The notes under the pieces are model-generated. The model saw only the letters and a list, made by a program, of their open reading frames with translations. It did not search any database and was not told the DNA's origin. From assembly GCF_000284455.1 (NCBI RefSeq), contig NC_017039.1, forward strand, positions 720,001 to 752,000: 32,000 bases of DNA, given 5' to 3'. Shown one piece after another: positions 27,680-32,000 of the stretch (position 1 is the stretch's first letter; each line of letters starts with the position of its first letter). The stretch is from Synechocystis sp. PCC 6803 substr. PCC-P (GTDB taxonomy: Bacteria; Cyanobacteriota; Cyanobacteriia; Cyanobacteriales; Microcystaceae). A program made the translations under genes and the position numbers.

Positions 27680-29139
27680 CCCTATTTGCAGTTTCAGCGG
27701 AATTTAATGCGGCGCCCTGGGCCACGGTGGTCATTTGCTTGGCTTTGATGGCGGGCTTCACTGGCTATTTATTGCCTGCCACCATTCGTTTTTTGACTTT
27801 GGCCGTCTGTTTTGGCACTGGATTTTTAGCCTATTTGGGATTTTCTTTGCCGGAAGCCCAGTCTTGGTATTTGTTAGACAGTTTTGGCGTTGTTTTTCAA
27901 CTGGATGCCCTATCGGGTTATTTCCTCTTGACCAATGCCCTGGTGACTTTGGCGGTGTTGGTCTATTGCTGGAATACCGGCCGCTCAGCCTTTTTTTATG
28001 CCCAACTGATCATTCTCCACGCTAGCCTTAATTCCGCTTTTCTTTGTGCGGATTTTATGAGTCTTTATGTGGCCCTGGAAGTGGTGGCGATCGCCGCTTT
28101 TTGCCTGATGACCTATCCTAGGGAACCCCGAATTATTTGGCTGGGACTGCGCTATCTACTGCTGAGCAACACTGCCATGTTGTTTTATTTAATCGGGGTA
28201 GCACTGGTTTATAAAACTAATCAATCCTTTGCTTTTAGCGGTTTAACCCAAGCTCCCCCAGAGGCGATCGCCCTGATATTTTTGGGATTGTTGACCAAAG
28301 GGGGCATTTTTTTGGCGGGACTGTGGTTGCCCCAAACCCATGGGGAAGCGGCCACACCAGTTTCGGCCATGCTATCAGGGGCAGTGGTTAAAGCAGGAGC
28401 TTTGCCCCTATTGCGCTGTGCTTTATTGTCCGATCAACTACTATTATTAGTACAAATTTTGGGGGTAGCCACGGCGTTATTTGGAGTGGTCTATGCCATG
28501 CTGGCCAAGGACAGTAAGCGAATGTTAGCATTTCACACCGTTTCCCAAATGGGCTTTGTGTTGGCGGCCCCCATTGCTGGCGGTTTTTATGCTCTCAGCC
28601 ACGGTTTAGTGAAATCTAGCCTCTTCCTGTTGGCGGGGAATTTGCCCAGTCGGGACTTCAAAGTTCTGAAGAAAACTCCCATTGCCGCTGGTTTTTGGGT
28701 TCCCCTGCTTCTGGCCAGTTCTTCCATTGCCGGTTTTCCCCTACTGGCGGGCTTTGAAGCGAAAACCCTGACCCTCAAAGGATTGCCCCCCTGGTTGGCG
28801 ATCGCCTTAAACATTGCCGCGGTGGGTACAGCCATTTCCTTTTCCAAATTCGTTTTCCTGAAACCAACCTTTGTCGGTAAAACCTATCCCCTGGGCTTAG
28901 GCCTAGCGTTGGTGGTGTTACTCGGCGGTTTGGCCGTGGGTAATGTGGTTTACTGGCAAGCCTTTACCCCCAGTAATTTAATCAAAGCTACCCTGACCTG
29001 CGTGGTGGGGGCAGGACTATATTGGGTCGTGGTCAAAAGGCTAACCCTAAAACTGCCCGATGAAGGAGAACAGGTTGACCATCTGCTCGGCATGATGAGC
29101 ATCAGTTTAACCATTCTCTTTGCCTGGATTTTAGTATGA
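27676..29139 (+). CDS. mrpD: Mrp antiporter subunit D (NuoN/ND2-like), copy 1; legacy name ndhD5 from memory
   Basis: 487 aa, polytopic. Antiporter-like family residues: TM5 Glu (YVALEVV), TM7 Lys (LLTKGG), WLPQTHGEAATPVSAMLSGAVVKAG. Confidence 0.85.
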   Translation: MTLFAVSAEFNAAPWATVVICLALMAGFTGYLLPATIRFLTLAVCFGTGFLAYLGFSLPEAQSWYLLDSFGVVFQLDALSGYFLLTNALVTLAVLVYCWNTGRSAFFYAQLIILHASLNSAFLCADFMSLYVALEVVAIAAFCLMTYPREPRIIWLGLRYLLLSNTAMLFYLIGVALVYKTNQSFAFSGLTQAPPEAIALIFLGLLTKGGIFLAGLWLPQTHGEAATPVSAMLSGAVVKAGALPLLRCALLSDQLLLLVQILGVATALFGVVYAMLAKDSKRMLAFHTVSQMGFVLAAPIAGGFYALSHGLVKSSLFLLAGNLPSRDFKVLKKTPIAAGFWVPLLLASSSIAGFPLLAGFEAKTLTLKGLPPWLAIALNIAAVGTAISFSKFVFLKPTFVGKTYPLGLGLALVVLLGGLAVGNVVYWQAFTPSNLIKATLTCVVGAGLYWVVVKRLTLKLPDEGEQVDHLLGMMSISLTILFAWILV

Positions 29140-29250
29140 CTACTTTTGCCACTACTACAACTCAGACTCTGGGGTTTAGCCATCCCATTGGGCAAAGAAC
29201 GATGGCATTTGATAACCTGGGGAGATTAATCAAACTGAGGGAGGTGGGTA

Positions 29251-29601
29251 ATGTTAGGGCCAGAAGCCTGTATTTTCGCAGCCGTAATGATTGGTTTTTT
29301 AGGCTTAATTTATAAGCGTAATTTACTGATGAAAATAGTGGCTATGGATGTAATTAGCACCGGAGTAATTGCCTATTATTGTCTCGTTGCTGCCCGCACC
29401 GGAATCACTACCCCCATTGTGGGAGCGGAAGTTTCCTCTGACCCCATACAATACGCCGATCCCTTGCCCCAGGCAGTCATTCTCACAGCCATTGTTATTG
29501 GCTTCTCTACCCAAATTTTAATGTTGGTCATTGCCATGAAGTTAGCCAAGGAAAACCCCACTTTAGAAATTGCCGCCATCGAAAGGGAATATTGGTCTTA
29601 A
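29251..29601 (+). CDS. mrpC: Mrp antiporter subunit C, copy 2
   Basis: 116 aa with a GGAGG Shine-Dalgarno upstream. My hand alignment to copy 1 gives 80 identical of about 116 positions. Confidence 0.85.
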   Translation: MLGPEACIFAAVMIGFLGLIYKRNLLMKIVAMDVISTGVIAYYCLVAARTGITTPIVGAEVSSDPIQYADPLPQAVILTAIVIGFSTQILMLVIAMKLAKENPTLEIAAIEREYWS

Positions 29602-29650
29602 TCGAAGTTAATTTATTGTTTAACATCAGGCTTTTAAACCCATTTTTTCC

Positions 29651-31138
29651 ATGAATTTTCCCACGGCGATCGCCCCTAACAATTTATTAATTGCCATCGT
29701 CGCCCTCCTGGTCTTGGCACTGATGGGAGCCTTTGGGGGCTATCTGTTTCGTCCCCTGGTGCGGCCCTCGGCCCTACTGATGACCCTGGGCACCATTCTC
29801 TTGGCAGCGGTGGGTTTTGCCCTCCCCAATGCCCAGCAATGGCAGTTAATGGATAGGTTTGGCATTCTCTTGCAGTTGGACAATTTAGGGAGTTACTTTC
29901 TGCTTACCAATGGTTTAGTTACCCTAGCGGTGTTACTTTACTGTTGGGCTTCCCCAAGGACAACCTTTTTTTATGTCCAATTAATGGTACTCCACGTTAG
30001 TCTCAATGCTGCTTTTTTATCTACGGATTTAATCAGTTTATACGTCTGTTTAGAGGTGGTGGGTTTATCTTCCTTTTTATTAATTATTTACCCCCGCCAG
30101 GCCGCCAGCAGTTGGATTGGGTTGCGTTATTTGTTTGTTACCAACACGGCCTTGTTGTTTTATTTAATCGGGGTGATGTTGGTTTATCAGGCCACTAACT
30201 CCCTGGATTTCCAAGGTTTAGCCACTGCCCCCTACGAGGCGATCGCCCTTATTTTTTTAGGACTGTTAATTAAGGGGGAAATTTTTCTTTCTGGGTTATG
30301 GTCACCCCAAACCAGTAGCATTGCCAGTGCTCCTGTGGCGGCCCTGTTGTCGGGCATTGTGGTTAAAGCGGGAATTTTACCCCTGTTGCGCTTTGCTTCC
30401 CTGTCGGAAAGATTGGCCATGATGGTGTGGGGTCTGGCCATTGCCACCGCTCTGTTGGGCATGGGCTTGGGCATGTTTGCCAGGGATAGTCGGCGCATTT
30501 TGGCCTACAGCACCATTTCCCAAATGGGTTTTATTTTGGTAGCCCCGGCGGTGGGGGGATTGTATGCGTTGACCCATGGCTTAGCTAAGGCTTGCCTATT
30601 TTTGTTGGTGGGCAGTCTGCCGGAACGAGATTTGGATAAACTCCAGGCCCAACCTATTTCCTACAAATTATGGTTGCCCATGGTATTGGCCAGTTCCTCT
30701 ATCATTGGCTTACCCATCCTGGCGGGCTTTGAAGCTAAAACCCTGACCCTGGAGACCCTCAGCCTCAATGAACTGCCCTGGACGGGAATTTTAATGAACT
30801 TGGCGGGGGTGGGCACAGCAATTATTTTGGCCAAATTTATTTTCCTCATCCCTAGCTTTGACAAGAATGTTGACCTGGACAAATCCCCCTGGGGCCTGTT
30901 TTTAGCGGTGCTTCTTCTGCTGGGGGCTTTAACCTTGGGCAATGTCATTTATCCCGAAGCTTTTTCCATGGAGAACGGCATCAAAGCCACCGCTAGTTTT
31001 CTGCTGGGTTCAGCCATTTACTGGTGGGGTTTGCGGAAAATTCCTTGGCAACCACCTGATTGGGGGGAACGCTTGGATCATCTGATCGGCACCATGGCCA
31101 TAATGTTGATGTTACTTTTCAGCTCGGTATTAATATGA
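29651..31138 (+). CDS. mrpD: Mrp antiporter subunit D, copy 2; legacy name ndhD6 from memory
   Basis: 495 aa. Collinear with copy 1 with no indel over the first 230 residues or so. 44 of 70 positions were identical in a stretch I aligned by hand. It keeps the TM5 Glu and the TM7/TM8 Lys residues. Confidence 0.85.
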   Translation: MNFPTAIAPNNLLIAIVALLVLALMGAFGGYLFRPLVRPSALLMTLGTILLAAVGFALPNAQQWQLMDRFGILLQLDNLGSYFLLTNGLVTLAVLLYCWASPRTTFFYVQLMVLHVSLNAAFLSTDLISLYVCLEVVGLSSFLLIIYPRQAASSWIGLRYLFVTNTALLFYLIGVMLVYQATNSLDFQGLATAPYEAIALIFLGLLIKGEIFLSGLWSPQTSSIASAPVAALLSGIVVKAGILPLLRFASLSERLAMMVWGLAIATALLGMGLGMFARDSRRILAYSTISQMGFILVAPAVGGLYALTHGLAKACLFLLVGSLPERDLDKLQAQPISYKLWLPMVLASSSIIGLPILAGFEAKTLTLETLSLNELPWTGILMNLAGVGTAIILAKFIFLIPSFDKNVDLDKSPWGLFLAVLLLLGALTLGNVIYPEAFSMENGIKATASFLLGSAIYWWGLRKIPWQPPDWGERLDHLIGTMAIMLMLLFSSVLI

Positions 31139-31527
31139 CTGGACTCCTTGATATTGGTTTACGGCTGGGCATTTGGTTTTTGTTAACGGGCAATCTCCGT
31201 CCGGGCAATATTCTCATCGGCCTGATCGTGGCCCTGTTAATTCCCCGTCGACCCATACCTCCCTATGTTTTGCGGGATGGGCTGAGGGTATTTAAGGAAA
31301 TTCTGCTGGCCATTCCCCAGGCTTACATCGAAGCTTGGCAAATGATTCTCCAGCCCCACACCAGAACGTGGGTTGAACGGCAGGAATTTTCCCCCCAACG
31401 AACTAGGGGGCTAATTTTTCTGGATATTTTCCTAATTACCTTTACCCCCAAAACCCTGGTGCTGAAATACCACGAAGAGGGATGGTACGAAATTCATTAT
31501 CTTGGCCCCAAGAAGGAAGAAAAATGA
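31135..31527 (+). CDS. mrpE: Mrp antiporter subunit E
   Basis: ORF 31060..31527. I prefer the ATG at 31135, which overlaps the mrpD2 stop (ATGA). MTGLLDIGLRLGIWFLLTGNL...IGLIVALLIP is MnhE-like. Confidence 0.75.
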   Translation: MTGLLDIGLRLGIWFLLTGNLRPGNILIGLIVALLIPRRPIPPYVLRDGLRVFKEILLAIPQAYIEAWQMILQPHTRTWVERQEFSPQRTRGLIFLDIFLITFTPKTLVLKYHEEGWYEIHYLGPKKEEK

Positions 31528-31775
31528 CTGTTCTACTCTGGACTATGTTACTGGCGGTGTTTATTCCGCTCTTGGCCACCCTGCAACGGGGCAATATTTG
31601 GGTGAAAATGCTCTCCTTTGCCAGTGTTGCCACTAAAACATCAATCATCATTTTGGTGGTGTCGGTGTTGCGGGACGATTGGATGATTGGCATGGTGGGG
31701 GTTTTAATTCTCAGTGCCGGTAATGCGGCTTTGATGCTTTTGGCCCAATTAATTCGCCGGATGGAGGCCCTATGA
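31524..31775 (+). CDS. mrpF: Mrp antiporter subunit F
   Basis: ORF 31482..31775. I prefer the ATG at 31524, which overlaps the mrpE stop (ATGA). 83 aa with three TM spans, MnhF-like. Confidence 0.75.
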   Translation: MTVLLWTMLLAVFIPLLATLQRGNIWVKMLSFASVATKTSIIILVVSVLRDDWMIGMVGVLILSAGNAALMLLAQLIRRMEAL

Positions 31776-32000
31776 TCACCACCATCATTAACTGGCTGAC
31801 TAACGGTTTTCTGGCCATGGGCATTCTTTTTTGGCTCTTTGGTACTTTTCCCCTACTTCAAAGTCGGCGATCGGTCATTACTAAACTCCATCTGCTAACG
31901 GTGTCGGACACCCTCGGCTCCATGGCGATCGTGGTGGGGCTATTTCTGAAACTGCCCCGGGAATGGCCCCTCCTGCTCTTAGCTATCATTTGTCTTTGTC
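31772..32000 (+). CDS. mrpG: Mrp antiporter subunit G (5' part; runs off the window end)
   Basis: My own translation from ATG at 31772, which overlaps the mrpF stop (ATGA): MITTIINWLTNGFLAMGILFWLFGTFPLLQSRRSVITKLHLLTVSDTLGSMAIVVG... This is MnhG-like and stays open to the window end. Confidence 0.75.
   Translation, partial: MITTIINWLTNGFLAMGILFWLFGTFPLLQSRRSVITKLHLLTVSDTLGSMAIVVGLFLKLPREWPLLLLAIICLC

Noticed and set aside
29251-31138. Second mrpC-mrpD pair as an assembly duplication artefact
   Set aside because: The copies are only about 60-70 percent identical at the protein level and have different spacers, so they are genuine paralogues.

Overview
Gene content and order match my memory of the Synechocystis sp. 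PCC 6803 chromosome. About 30 HIP1 octamers (GCGATCGC, counted by eye) fit that assignment. The window is core chromosome, not an island. By eye I found no rRNA, tRNA, CRISPR array, prophage or autonomous IS.

Gene content, left to right:
- a truncated Wza-like polysaccharide exporter (-)
- a small Trp-rich protein, a DUF1995 protein and serS (+)
- the full phycocyanin operon cpcB-cpcA-cpcC2-cpcC1-cpcD (-) with its long upstream region
- a 630-bp gap with no confident gene
- a secreted Gly-zipper protein and a 4-Cys miniprotein (+)
- an intact Hanks kinase, spkA (-)
- aspartoacylase-like and NAD-epimerase genes, atx1 and an M23 peptidase (+)
- the C-terminal half of Pol III alpha starting with the 36-aa split-intein C fragment (dnaE-C, -)
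- two envelope proteins (-)
- a class A PBP with a cytoplasmic FHA domain (+)
- fibrillin and a double ABC ATPase (-)
- a Tat-signal MBL-fold protein (+)
- an Mrp-type cation/proton antiporter cluster arranged C-D-C-D-E-F-G (+)

The least-described signal I see is a family of three 110-131 bp MITE-like elements. They have 10-bp terminal inverted repeats and 3-bp TAA duplications. Each is inserted in a TTAG at or next to a gene's stop codon, and the element junction forms the TAG stop of two genes.

Other items worth a second look:
- the tandemly duplicated mrpC-mrpD pair
- the FHA-PBP fusion
- strand-specific RNA hairpins inside the cpc operon
- a CRP-like site in the unannotated gap
- a 15-bp perfect palindrome

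All family and locus names are from motif reading and memory. No searches were run.
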